DNA of 61,034 nucleotides from an uncultured Muribaculaceae bacterium. Lineage in GTDB: Bacteria > Bacillota_I > Bacilli_A > RF39 > UBA660. The position numbers and the translations under genes were made by a program. Position 1 is the stretch's first letter, and every line of letters starts with the position of its first letter. The DNA is taken from positions 1 to 61,034 of the forward strand of contig CAYGGG010000002.1 in NCBI GenBank assembly GCA_964349455.1, in the 5' to 3' direction. The notes below the pieces were generated by a model that did not search any database, was not told the DNA's origin, and saw nothing but the letters and a program-made list of their open reading frames with translations. Positions 53,047-61,034 of the stretch are shown piece by piece.

Positions 53047-54114
53047 ATGGAAATAGTTTTATTGGGTGTTGTAGTAGTTTTTAATTTGTTTGTTTTATTA
53101 AGTCTTTATTTAAAAAAGAACAATAGTAATGATATGATTGAAAAGATGGGTAAGTTAGAAACAACAATGGTTAAGGAATTTGGCGAGTTTCGTAATAATT
53201 TTTCGCGTGATTTAAATAGTGATTTTGAAAAATTAAATGAAAAGATAGAAACAAGACTAAATTATATAAATGAACGAGTTAATGAACGCTTGGATGCTAA
53301 TTTTAAGGAAACTAATAAAACATTTACTTCGGTTTTAGAGAGGCTTTCAAGAATTGATGAGGCTCAGAAAAAAATTGATAGTTTGTCAACTAATATTGTT
53401 TCATTGCAAGATATTTTAACTGACAAAAAATCAAGGGGAACTTTTGGCGAAGTAAATTTAAAAAATATTATGACTAGTGTTTTTGGTGAAAGAAATGATA
53501 AATTGTATCAACTACAGTATTCTTATCCAAATGGGACAACGGTTGATTGTGTTTTATTTGCACCAATACCTTTAGGACCAGTTTCAATTGATTCAAAATT
53601 CCCGTTAGAAAATTTTCGACGTCTTTTTGATGATAATAATATTGATGCTCGTAAAAGGTTTAAAAATGATTTAAAAAAACATGTTGATGATATTGCAAGT
53701 AAATATATTATTAATGGTATTACCTCAGATCAAGCAATTATGTTTATTCCCGCCGAAGCTGTTTTTGCTGAGGTTCATGCATATCATTCTGATGTTGTTG
53801 ACTATGCTTTTCGAAAGAAAGTTTTTATTGCTTCGCCAACAACTTTAATGAGTGTTTTATCAACGGTGCAAATGGTAATGATGAATTTAGAAAGAGATAA
53901 GTATGCTAGCGTTATTCATAAGGAATTAATTAATTTAGATGAAGAATTTAAAAGATATAAAGAAAGATGGGACAAGTTATCAAGAAGTATAGATACAGTT
54001 AGTCGTGATGTGCATGAAATTCATACGACAACTGATAAGATTACGAAACGATTTAGTTCAATTAGTCAAGTTGAAATTAAAAAAGAAATTGAAGGAGGAG
54101 AGACAAATGAATGA
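53047..54114 (+). CDS. rmuC: DNA recombination protein RmuC
   Basis: N-terminal TM, coiled coil, then KSRGTFGE...MFIPAEAVF...ASPTTLM. GGGAGGG lies before ATG 53047. The ORF-track TTG at 53002 is the -35 box. Confidence 0.9.
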   Translation: MEIVLLGVVVVFNLFVLLSLYLKKNNSNDMIEKMGKLETTMVKEFGEFRNNFSRDLNSDFEKLNEKIETRLNYINERVNERLDANFKETNKTFTSVLERLSRIDEAQKKIDSLSTNIVSLQDILTDKKSRGTFGEVNLKNIMTSVFGERNDKLYQLQYSYPNGTTVDCVLFAPIPLGPVSIDSKFPLENFRRLFDDNNIDARKRFKNDLKKHVDDIASKYIINGITSDQAIMFIPAEAVFAEVHAYHSDVVDYAFRKKVFIASPTTLMSVLSTVQMVMMNLERDKYASVIHKELINLDEEFKRYKERWDKLSRSIDTVSRDVHEIHTTTDKITKRFSSISQVEIKKEIEGGETNE

Positions 54115-54340
54115 AAAAGAAAAGTTAAGAAAATTAAAAGAGCAGTTACTGCAACTTGACCGAATGAGGGGTGGCGAAATCGAACGGGTTCAGGCCTCGC
54201 CAGAAGTTGTAAAACAAAAAGTAAAGCGGTTAAAAGAGCGTGATAAAAGCAACATCCGCGATGGATTGATGTTTTTGTTTGTGTTGTTTCTTTCACAGAT
54301 TAGTTTTGTGGTAATGATGTATATGGTTTTTAAAAAGTAA
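54107..54340 (+). CDS. Small tail-anchored membrane protein (77 aa), unknown
   Basis: ATG 54107 lies behind GAAGGAGGAG and overlaps the rmuC end. A charged helix is followed by the TM LMFLFVLFLSQISFVVMMYMVF. Confidence 0.45.
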   Translation: MNEKEKLRKLKEQLLQLDRMRGGEIERVQASPEVVKQKVKRLKERDKSNIRDGLMFLFVLFLSQISFVVMMYMVFKK

Positions 54341-54352
54341 GGACGGTTTAAG

Positions 54353-55483
54353 ATGATAGAACAAGCGCCAATAGGGCCTTTAATAATACCAAAAGTGGTT
54401 AAACAGCCACTTCTTTTATCTATTATAATTCCGACACTAAATGAAAAAGAAAATATTGTTTTTTTAGTAAAAGAATTAGTAAAACTATTAGATAAAGTAA
54501 AAGATTATGAAATCATTGTGGTTGATGATGATAGTGAAGATTTAACATGGCAAGTTGCTTATGATTTGGCAAAAAAAGTTAAGCAGTTAAGAGTTGTCAG
54601 AAGAGTTAATGAAAAGGGGTTAGCAACAGCTGTTATTCGTGGTTTTCAGGTTGCCAGAGGTGATTTGTTAGCAGTGATTAATAGTGATTTAGAGCACCCG
54701 GTTAAACCAGTTATAAAAATGATTGCTGAAATTGAAAAAGATGTTGATTTGGTTGTTGGCTGTTGTGAAAATAAGAAAAGTTCGTTTTTTTCATTGGCTA
54801 AGTTGCTCGGTTTAGTTTTATTGCCAAAAGTATTTAAAAAAACAACTGATCCAATGAGTGGTTATTTTATGGTGAAAAGAAAAGCAATTGCTGATGTTGA
54901 GTTATATCCGGTGGGTTATAAGACAATGCTTGAGGTAATTGCCAGAGGTGATGTTAAAAAAGTAAAAGAAATTGGCGTTACTTTTTCTCATCAAAAAAAC
55001 GGCCATAATAAACTGTTGCGAAAAAAGGATTTAGAATATTTACAGCATTTGTTTAGATTGCAAATTTCGTCATGGCCCTTAGTTAGATTTGGTCGTTGGT
55101 TTTTAGTGGGAACAAGTGGTTTTGTGGTTGACATGTTGCTTTTTTCGATTCTTTTTTCATTGATTGGTTTTTCATTAACAATTAGTACTTTAATTTCTGC
55201 TGAAATTGCCCTTATTAATAATTTTATTTGGAATGATCGATGGACGTTTGGTGATATTTCAAAAAGCATTCCGAGTCTATATCAGAAGGGAATGCGGTTT
55301 TGGAAGTTTAATCTTATTTGTTTAAGTGGCCTTCTTTTTCATGTTTTATTACTTCGTTGGTTTGTTAATACAGTAGAGATAAATCCATATATTGCAAAAA
55401 TTATGACAATTTTGATTGTTGCAATGTGGAATATTATTTTAAATTTTCGTTTTAATTGGAGAGTAAAATCTGATTTAAAGTAG
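54353..55483 (+). CDS. Family-2 glycosyltransferase (Dpm1/polyprenol-phosphate glycosyltransferase-like) fused to a GtrA-like membrane domain
   Basis: SIIIPTLNEKENI and IVVDDDSED (DxD). The C-terminal 4-TM region FLVGTSGFVVDMLLF...NNFIWNDRWTF is GtrA-like. Confidence 0.8.
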   Translation: MIEQAPIGPLIIPKVVKQPLLLSIIIPTLNEKENIVFLVKELVKLLDKVKDYEIIVVDDDSEDLTWQVAYDLAKKVKQLRVVRRVNEKGLATAVIRGFQVARGDLLAVINSDLEHPVKPVIKMIAEIEKDVDLVVGCCENKKSSFFSLAKLLGLVLLPKVFKKTTDPMSGYFMVKRKAIADVELYPVGYKTMLEVIARGDVKKVKEIGVTFSHQKNGHNKLLRKKDLEYLQHLFRLQISSWPLVRFGRWFLVGTSGFVVDMLLFSILFSLIGFSLTISTLISAEIALINNFIWNDRWTFGDISKSIPSLYQKGMRFWKFNLICLSGLLFHVLLLRWFVNTVEINPYIAKIMTILIVAMWNIILNFRFNWRVKSDLK

Positions 55484-55534
55484 ATTTTGCTTTTTTTTAT
55501 TAAAGAAATGGTCTATAATTAAGAAGAGGTGTTT

Positions 55535-57610
55535 ATGAGAGAAAATTTGTTGCATTATTTAAAAGAGAAATCAGTTGCTGCTTCGTTTGATGAAATTAAG
55601 GAAATCTTAAATATTTCGTCAACAGAACAAGTAAAACAATTGCTTAAGGAAATTGATTTGTTGGAAAAGGAAATGGTTGTTTATCGTACGAGAAAAAACA
55701 AATATATGTTATTGGAAAATTCTCATTTAAAAATAGGGCGATTGATGGTTAATAAAAAGGGATTCGGTTTTGTGATAATGGATGAAGGCGATGACATATA
55801 TGTTAGTGAAAAAAATATGAATCAAGCGATTCATGGTGATTTGGTTGCGGTTGAAGTTACTCGCCAAAATGTTAAGGTTGAGGGACAGGTTATTAAGATT
55901 ATTAAACGTGAGTTAAATGAAGTTATCGGTGAAATCTATTTGCTAGAAAATAAATGGATGGTAAGAGCTGATGATTTAAGATTAAATTTTTTAATTGAAG
56001 TTAAAGACGGGAATTATAATTTTGTTGAGGGTAGTAAGGTTTTAGTGAAATTAGCTGAACATGAAAAAAATTATTTTGGTGAAGTGATAAAGGTTTTAGG
56101 ACATAAAAATGATCCTGGAGTTGATATCTTAGCACTCGTTTATAAATATAATTTTAGTGATCAATTTTCTGATAAAACATTAACTGAAATTGAAAAAATT
56201 GCTAATCAAATTGGTGAAATTGGTGGTCGAAAAGATTTACGACAGGAAATCATTTTTACAATTGATGGTGATGATACAAAAGATATTGATGATGCAATTT
56301 CTTTATCGATTTTGGAAAATAAAAATTACTTGCTGGGGGTTCATATTGCTGATGTAAGTTATTATGTTAGGGAAGAAATGGGACTTGATCAAGATGCTTT
56401 TTTTAGAGGAACAAGTGTATATTTAGCGGACCGGGTTGTGCCAATGCTCCCGCATAAGTTATCAAACGGAATTTGTTCTTTAAATCCAGACGTTGATCGT
56501 TATGCCATTAGTTGTGAAATGGAAATTGATTTGAGTGGTGAAGTTGTTGCTTATCAAATTTTTGAAAGTGTTATTTGTTCGAAAAAACAAATGACTTATA
56601 GTAAAGTTAATAAGCTTTTAGAAGAAAATATGATTGATGATGATTACCAAGAGTTTGTTTCAGTTTTACGCGATATGGCTGATTTAGCAAAGATTTTAAG
56701 AAATAATAAAATTAAAAGAGGCTATATTGATTTTGATATTGATGAGTCGAAGATTATTGTTGATCAGTATGGAAAAGTAATTGATATTAAGTTAAGAGAA
56801 CGAAGAACTGGTGAAATGTTAATTGAGGATTTTATGATTGCTGCAAATGAAACGGTGGCAACGGCAATTAATGATTTAGAACTTCCTTTCATTTACCGGG
56901 TTCATGGTAAACCAAGTGAAGAAAAAATGAATAGTTTTTTTGGGTTTGTTAAAAGTTTGGGCTATCAAATTCCAGTTCCTAATGTTAAAAAGATTTCATC
57001 ATTGGACATGCAGTTAGTTTTAGAAGAATTGAAAAAACAAACAAAGCATGATATTTTTTCAAAGTTATTGCTTAGAAGTATGCAAAAAGCAATTTACGAT
57101 AAAAACAATATTGGTCATTTTGGGATTGGTAGTGATTGTTATACGCATTTTACTTCACCAATTAGACGATATCCAGATTTAATTGTTCATCGCTTACTTA
57201 GAAAGTATTTGTTTGAGCATAAGATTGATAGAAGAGTAGTTGATGAATGGGAGAAAAAGCTAGTTGTGATTGGTGAGCACTCTTCACAAAAGGAAAGAGA
57301 CGCAATTGAATGTGAGCGGGAAGTTGACGATATGAAGAAAGCGGAATATATGCAAGATCATATTGGTGAAATTTTTAAGGGAATTATTAGTGGCGTAATG
57401 AGTTTTGGTCTTTTTGTTGAGCTTGATAACGGGATTGAAGGTTTAATTAAAATTGAAAGTATTAATGATGATTATTATCTTTTTAATGAAATAAACATGT
57501 CATTAAAGGGTGAGCGTGGCAAAAAAGTATATCAATTGGGTGATGAGGTAAAAGTTGAAGTGGTAAGTGTTTCTAAAGCACTGCGAACAATTGATTTTGT
57601 TTTAAGATGA
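55535..57610 (+). CDS. rnr: Ribonuclease R
   Basis: Cold-shock/OB N-terminus, RNB domain (FTIDGDDTKDIDDAIS, MLP..LSNGICSLNP, HFGIGSDCYTHFTSPIRRYPDLIVHR) and a C-terminal S1 domain. Confidence 0.95.
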   Translation: MRENLLHYLKEKSVAASFDEIKEILNISSTEQVKQLLKEIDLLEKEMVVYRTRKNKYMLLENSHLKIGRLMVNKKGFGFVIMDEGDDIYVSEKNMNQAIHGDLVAVEVTRQNVKVEGQVIKIIKRELNEVIGEIYLLENKWMVRADDLRLNFLIEVKDGNYNFVEGSKVLVKLAEHEKNYFGEVIKVLGHKNDPGVDILALVYKYNFSDQFSDKTLTEIEKIANQIGEIGGRKDLRQEIIFTIDGDDTKDIDDAISLSILENKNYLLGVHIADVSYYVREEMGLDQDAFFRGTSVYLADRVVPMLPHKLSNGICSLNPDVDRYAISCEMEIDLSGEVVAYQIFESVICSKKQMTYSKVNKLLEENMIDDDYQEFVSVLRDMADLAKILRNNKIKRGYIDFDIDESKIIVDQYGKVIDIKLRERRTGEMLIEDFMIAANETVATAINDLELPFIYRVHGKPSEEKMNSFFGFVKSLGYQIPVPNVKKISSLDMQLVLEELKKQTKHDIFSKLLLRSMQKAIYDKNNIGHFGIGSDCYTHFTSPIRRYPDLIVHRLLRKYLFEHKIDRRVVDEWEKKLVVIGEHSSQKERDAIECEREVDDMKKAEYMQDHIGEIFKGIISGVMSFGLFVELDNGIEGLIKIESINDDYYLFNEINMSLKGERGKKVYQLGDEVKVEVVSVSKALRTIDFVLR

Positions 57611-57616
57611 GGTGAT

Positions 57617-58069
57617 ATGATGGAAATTAATAATCGAAAGGCCTATTTTGATTATCAGGTGCTCGACACTTTTGAGTGTGGGGTTGTTTTAAAGGGAACT
57701 GAAATTAAATCAATTAGATTGGGCAAGGCTAATATTAGGGATAGTTACGGAATTATTAAAGATAATGAGTTATTTGTTTTAAATATGCATATTAGTCATT
57801 ATGATAAGGGCAATATTAATAATCATGAGGAAACAAGGACAAGGAAATTATTAATGCATAAAAGGGAAATTGTTAAAATCGAAAATCGAATAAAGTTAGA
57901 GGGGTTAACTTTGGTTCCTTTAAAAGTTTATTTTAAAAAAAATATTGTGAAGATTTTATTGGGATTGGTTCGTGGTAAAAAACTTTATGATAAAAGAAGA
58001 GTTATTAAAGAAAGAGATATCAAAAGGGAAACTGATCGTGAGTTAAAAGATTTTACAAAAAATCAATAA
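57617..58069 (+). CDS. smpB: SsrA-binding protein SmpB
   Basis: NRKAYFDYQVLDTFECGVVLKGTEIKSIR...RTRKLLMHKREI. Confidence 0.96.
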   Translation: MMEINNRKAYFDYQVLDTFECGVVLKGTEIKSIRLGKANIRDSYGIIKDNELFVLNMHISHYDKGNINNHEETRTRKLLMHKREIVKIENRIKLEGLTLVPLKVYFKKNIVKILLGLVRGKKLYDKRRVIKERDIKRETDRELKDFTKNQ

Positions 58070-58071
58070 TG

Positions 58072-58080
58072 TGCTAATAT
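58072..58080 (+). promoter_or_regulatory. Extended -10 promoter (TGcTAATAT) for ssrA
   Basis: It ends 8 nt before the mature 5' GGGG at 58089. Confidence 0.45.
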
Positions 58081-58088
58081 ATTGGCAC

Positions 58089-58464
58089 GGGGTTGCTTGG
58101 ATTCGACGGGAATATGAAGAAATTAGATGGCAAGTCGTGTGAGATACGTAAAATCTTACAGAAAAATAACTGGCAAAAATATTTTATCAAGTGTTTTTGG
58201 TTCTCAACCAAGCTACGGGGTGGCTTACGCCTAACTGAAGTCTTAACACTACTTCGTTAACTTTCGCTCTTGGGGTTAATTGAGGTTCGATTAAAGAGCT
58301 ATATTATTATTTTGCTTAGCAATAATAATGAATTTAATAAGCTACTTAAAAAGTAGTTTGTTGGTTAAATCTACTTTTTAGGGAATTTTGATAACTAACT
58401 AAACTTGTAGATGTCTAATTGTCTTAATTTTCGGACAGGGGTTCAATTCCCCTCAACTCCACCA
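58089..58464 (+). ncRNA. ssrA: tmRNA (SsrA)
   Basis: The 5' GGGGUUGCUUGGAUUCGACGGG pairs with the 3' ...GGUUCAAUUCCCCUCAACUCCACCA, with a G3-U pair in the acceptor stem and a T-arm GGUUCAAUUCC. The tag ORF 58172-58231 encodes GKNILSSVFGSQPSYGVAYA, followed by TAA. Confidence 0.93.
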
Positions 58465-58474
58465 AAGTGATATT

Positions 58475-58499
58475 AACTTCTAGTGATAGAAGTTTTTTT
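58475..58499 (+). terminator. ssrA terminator
   Basis: AACTTCTA/TAGAAGTT 8-bp stem, GTGA loop and a T7 run. Confidence 0.8.
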
Positions 58500-58557
58500 A
58501 TGTTAAAATAAGAGGAGATAAAATTTATTATATTTTGAAAAGAATGGGTGTTTAGAA

Positions 58558-59343
58558 ATGGATTTTGTAAGAATTGGTAAAGGGAGATTAAAAATAATTG
58601 TTTTTCATGGTTGGATGTCGTCATCGGGTCGTTATTTGCAACTCGCAGAAGATTTAGTGGTTAATTATGATTGTGAGGTTACTTTATATAATATACCGGG
58701 TTTTGGTGGAAATAAAGCGATCGAAACAGAAGATAATTTGATAGTTGCAATCGTTGAACAAATTTCGAAAACAATAAATATCCATGATTATCAAGTTTTG
58801 ATTGGTCATTCTTTTGGTTCAAATTTAATTTTAAGAATGATTGAGAATAGTAATAAAGAGTTTGATGGAAAAATTATTCTCACCAACCCAGCTTATTTAG
58901 GAATTGATCGATTAAAACATATTTCCTTGTTATGGCCCTTTAACACATTTGTATTGAAATTTTTACAAAGGATGTTAGGATTTGTTGCTCAGTTTTTTGT
59001 AAAGGTAGGGGCGTTGTTAACGATTAATGATTGGGGCAAAATTGATGATATTATTGTTGAAGATGCCCTAAAAGCAGATTCAAAAATGGCGGCAAAGGTA
59101 ATCAAAGAAATTGCAAATGATCGGTGGCAAGTTAGCAAACCTAGTTTGTTTAAAAATGTTACGATTATTTTAGGCGAAAAAGATCGGATTATTGCTTACG
59201 AGAAAGTGAAGCAGCTTGGTGAAAAATTGAATTGCGAGATTAAAATAATTCCAAAGATAGGTCATACGCCAATTGTTGAAGCTTATTTAGAATATAAGGA
59301 AATGATTGTTCAATCGATTGGTTTGAATGATAAAAAAGAATAG
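58558..59343 (+). CDS. Alpha/beta-fold hydrolase
   Basis: IVFHGW..., nucleophile elbow GHSFGS and C-terminal GHTP. Confidence 0.75.
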   Translation: MDFVRIGKGRLKIIVFHGWMSSSGRYLQLAEDLVVNYDCEVTLYNIPGFGGNKAIETEDNLIVAIVEQISKTINIHDYQVLIGHSFGSNLILRMIENSNKEFDGKIILTNPAYLGIDRLKHISLLWPFNTFVLKFLQRMLGFVAQFFVKVGALLTINDWGKIDDIIVEDALKADSKMAAKVIKEIANDRWQVSKPSLFKNVTIILGEKDRIIAYEKVKQLGEKLNCEIKIIPKIGHTPIVEAYLEYKEMIVQSIGLNDKKE

Positions 59344-59364
59344 TTAGAATTTATTGTTTGTGAA

Positions 59365-59373
59365 TGATATAAT
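59365..59373 (+). promoter_or_regulatory. Extended -10 promoter (TGaTATAAT) upstream of the IMPase-family gene
   Basis: TG at 59365-59366 and TATAAT at 59368-59373. It lies downstream of the ORF-track TTG start at 59354, which supports ATG 59390. Confidence 0.45.
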
Positions 59374-59389
59374 ATTGTTAGGAGATAAA

Positions 59390-60250
59390 ATGAAGCAAGA
59401 ATTAATTGAAGTGATTAAAAAAACTATTATTGAGGCTGGTAGAATAGCTTTGGCTTCATATTATCAAAATTTAGATGTTAAGATTAAAAAAGATCAATCT
59501 GTTTTTACGGAAATTGATTTAAAAATCGAAAAGTATATTTATCAGGAGTTAAATGATTTGGTTTTTAATTCAATTTTTATTGGTGAAGAAGATTCTGAAG
59601 AGTTGAGGGTTGATGCTAAAAAAAAATTAGCTAATAAAGCATTTGCAGGAGAATATATTTGGGCGATTGATCCAATTGATGGGACAACAAATTATTTGTG
59701 TCATTTTGCTGATTTTACGATTTCAATCGGATTGTTAAAAAAAGGAATTAAAGGTTTTAAACCTTTTCTTGGTTTTATTTATAAACCTTGTCATGACAAA
59801 TTATATTATACTGATGGGGAACATGCTTATTTGGTGATTAACGCGAGTAAAAAGGGTAAAAAAACTAAAATAAACCCTTTTCTGTTTTCAAAAAATGATT
59901 TTCTTCATCAAATCTTTGTGATTGATAGTACTAGAATCGGAAAATATGATTTAAAAAACTTTAGACATGTTCGAGCACTAGGGGGAATGGCTGAGCAAAT
60001 TGCGTCAGTGGCAGCTGGTGAGGCAATGGCGACAGTTATTCATGCTCATTTGTGGGATGTTGCTGCTGGTTTAGCAATTGCACAAGTCAACGATATTTTT
60101 ATTTACGATTTTGACAGTGGTCAAAGGGTTGAGGAATTTATCTTGTCTGATTTTGTGTTTAGTGAAAAACTAAGTTGGGTTATCAAGAAAGATTATTTGT
60201 TAGTAAATGAAAAAATGAGAGAATTATTTATAAAAGAGGTGAAAAAATGA
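59390..60250 (+). CDS. Inositol monophosphatase/SuhB-family phosphatase
   Basis: FIGEE..., WAIDPIDGTTNY and WDVAAGLAIA. Confidence 0.8.
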   Translation: MKQELIEVIKKTIIEAGRIALASYYQNLDVKIKKDQSVFTEIDLKIEKYIYQELNDLVFNSIFIGEEDSEELRVDAKKKLANKAFAGEYIWAIDPIDGTTNYLCHFADFTISIGLLKKGIKGFKPFLGFIYKPCHDKLYYTDGEHAYLVINASKKGKKTKINPFLFSKNDFLHQIFVIDSTRIGKYDLKNFRHVRALGGMAEQIASVAAGEAMATVIHAHLWDVAAGLAIAQVNDIFIYDFDSGQRVEEFILSDFVFSEKLSWVIKKDYLLVNEKMRELFIKEVKK

Positions 60251-61034
60251 AACTAATAAAGTTAAAGACAAGTGACAATATTGAGTTAGCAGGAGTTTTG
60301 TATGAAAGTGATTCAAAAAAAATTGTAATTCATGTTCATGGTTTTGCTGAGAATTTTTATGAAAATCGCTTTTTAGATTCTCAAGCAAAAATATATAATC
60401 AAAATAATTATAGTTTGTTAGCGTTTAATAATCGAGGTAGTGGTTATATTAAAGATTTAATTAAAAGAGAGGGTGCTAAAATTGATTATATGATTGGTGG
60501 ATCTGCTTATGAAAGTTTTGTTGATTGTTATTTAGATATTGATTGTGCGGTTAATTATGCAAAAAGTTTGGGCTATAGAGAGATTGTTTTGCAAGGACAT
60601 AGTTATGGTTGTAATAAAGTGATTTATTATTATCATCAAACTTTAGATGAGGCAATTAAAAAAATTATTTTGTTAGCACCTTGTGATATGGTCGAAATGT
60701 TACGAAACGAAGCAGAATATATTAAGGAATGTGTTAGAAATCTTGAGGCTAATAAGGTGGTTTTAAATGAAATGTTTCCACCAGTTATTCTGTCACCGAA
60801 AACAGTTGTGAAAGATTATTTGGAAAATAGTGTTAGTGATTTTTTTCGTTATCGTGATGTGAGTTATCAAAGTGATGTTTTAAATAAGATTGAAATCCCA
60901 GTATTAATTGTAATTGGTGAAGATGATGAATATGTTTTTTCAAAAGAAAGAAGTGATATTGAAAAATATTTTATTCGTAATTTAAAAAAGGTTAGTTTTC
61001 TTTTTATTGAGGGAACTGGTCATGATTATAATAA
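60247..61034 (+). CDS. Alpha/beta-fold hydrolase, 3'-truncated by the window end (not in the ORF track)
   Basis: ATGA overlap with the previous gene. My translation runs to the last base with no stop. Motifs are IHVHGFAENF, the nucleophile elbow GHSYGC and GTGHDY. Confidence 0.65.
   Translation, partial: MKLIKLKTSDNIELAGVLYESDSKKIVIHVHGFAENFYENRFLDSQAKIYNQNNYSLLAFNNRGSGYIKDLIKREGAKIDYMIGGSAYESFVDCYLDIDCAVNYAKSLGYREIVLQGHSYGCNKVIYYYHQTLDEAIKKIILLAPCDMVEMLRNEAEYIKECVRNLEANKVVLNEMFPPVILSPKTVVKDYLENSVSDFFRYRDVSYQSDVLNKIEIPVLIVIGEDDEYVFSKERSDIEKYFIRNLKKVSFLFIEGTGHDYN

Noticed and set aside
55466-55500. A possible terminator after the GT2-GtrA gene: AAAATCT ... AGATTTT followed by a T run.
   Set aside because: The stem is all A/T apart from a single C-G pair and has a 10-nt loop. 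It is too weak to call.
58424-58624. A 66-aa minus-strand ORF.
   Set aside because: It overlaps the 3' end of the tmRNA gene, its terminator and the start of the hydrolase gene. It is an artefact.
1-61034. CRISPR arrays, rRNA, tRNA and IS elements/transposases.
   Set aside because: - No regularly spaced direct repeats were seen.
- No cloverleaf-like GC-rich islands were seen apart from the tmRNA.
- No transposase-like ORFs or terminal inverted repeats were seen.
- Detection by eye is imperfect for short tRNAs, but all intergenic gaps longer than 100 nt were read.
1-61034. Alternative genetic code (TGA = Trp), as in Mycoplasma/Spiroplasma, given the very low G+C.
   Set aside because: Long conserved genes (polC, rnr, ruvB, queA) are intact under the standard code, end at TGA/TAA/TAG and use TGG for Trp. 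TGA is a stop in polC, ruvB, queA and rmuC.

Overview
This is an AT-rich chromosomal segment (about 30% G+C by eye, not computed). It uses the standard genetic code: TGA acts as a stop and PolC reads through at full length. The host is a low-GC monoderm, judged from the PolC-type replicase, a VanW protein and an M23/SLT wall hydrolase. It is probably a wall-bearing Bacillota or Erysipelotrichia-like lineage, but the taxon cannot be fixed from this window. Almost all genes lie on the + strand.

Layout:
- (i) 1-13.2 kb is an accessory mix. It holds a HEPN-like protein truncated at the window edge, a UvrD-family helicase with an inserted endonuclease-like module, a 633-aa unknown, a polytopic membrane protein and a DUF2726-like nuclease-fold protein. 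After these come a nucleoside phosphorylase, a methyltransferase, a GNAT, VanW (- strand), a MerR regulator, an ABC-F ATPase flanked by 22-bp direct repeats, an ASCH protein and a short ATP-grasp-like remnant (- strand).
- (ii) 13.2-24.6 kb is housekeeping: an RlmM-like methyltransferase, ruvA, ruvB, a 1-kb insertion bounded by a 29-bp duplication of the ruvB 3' end, queA, miaA, polC, hemW and an HD-domain protein.
- (iii) 24.65-53.0 kb is the main point of interest, a ~28-kb, two-operon, single-strand island.
  - Operon 1 encodes two unknown envelope proteins, two tandem giant Cys-rich secreted paralogs (1112 and 1195 aa) and a Tad/Flp-type pilus module. The pilus module has a SAF/CpaB-like protein, a TadA/CpaF-type ATPase, TadB/TadC-like platform proteins, a 56-aa pilin ORF missing from the ORF track and sitting behind a near-consensus promoter, three pseudopilin-like proteins and a TadZ-like protein. 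It ends with a small two-TM VirB2-like protein.
  - Operon 2 encodes a Gram-positive-type T4SS: a VirB6-like protein, a VirB3-like protein, a VirB4 split into two ORFs, an M23+SLT hydrolase, twin lipoproteins and a VirD4 coupling protein.
  - I could recognise no relaxase, integrase, transposase or flanking att repeat. Both flanks are housekeeping genes.
- (iv) 53-61 kb holds rmuC, a small tail-anchored protein, a GT2-GtrA fusion, rnr, smpB, ssrA (tmRNA), two alpha/beta hydrolases (the last truncated by the window end) and an IMPase-family protein.

I found no rRNA, tRNA, CRISPR array or IS element.
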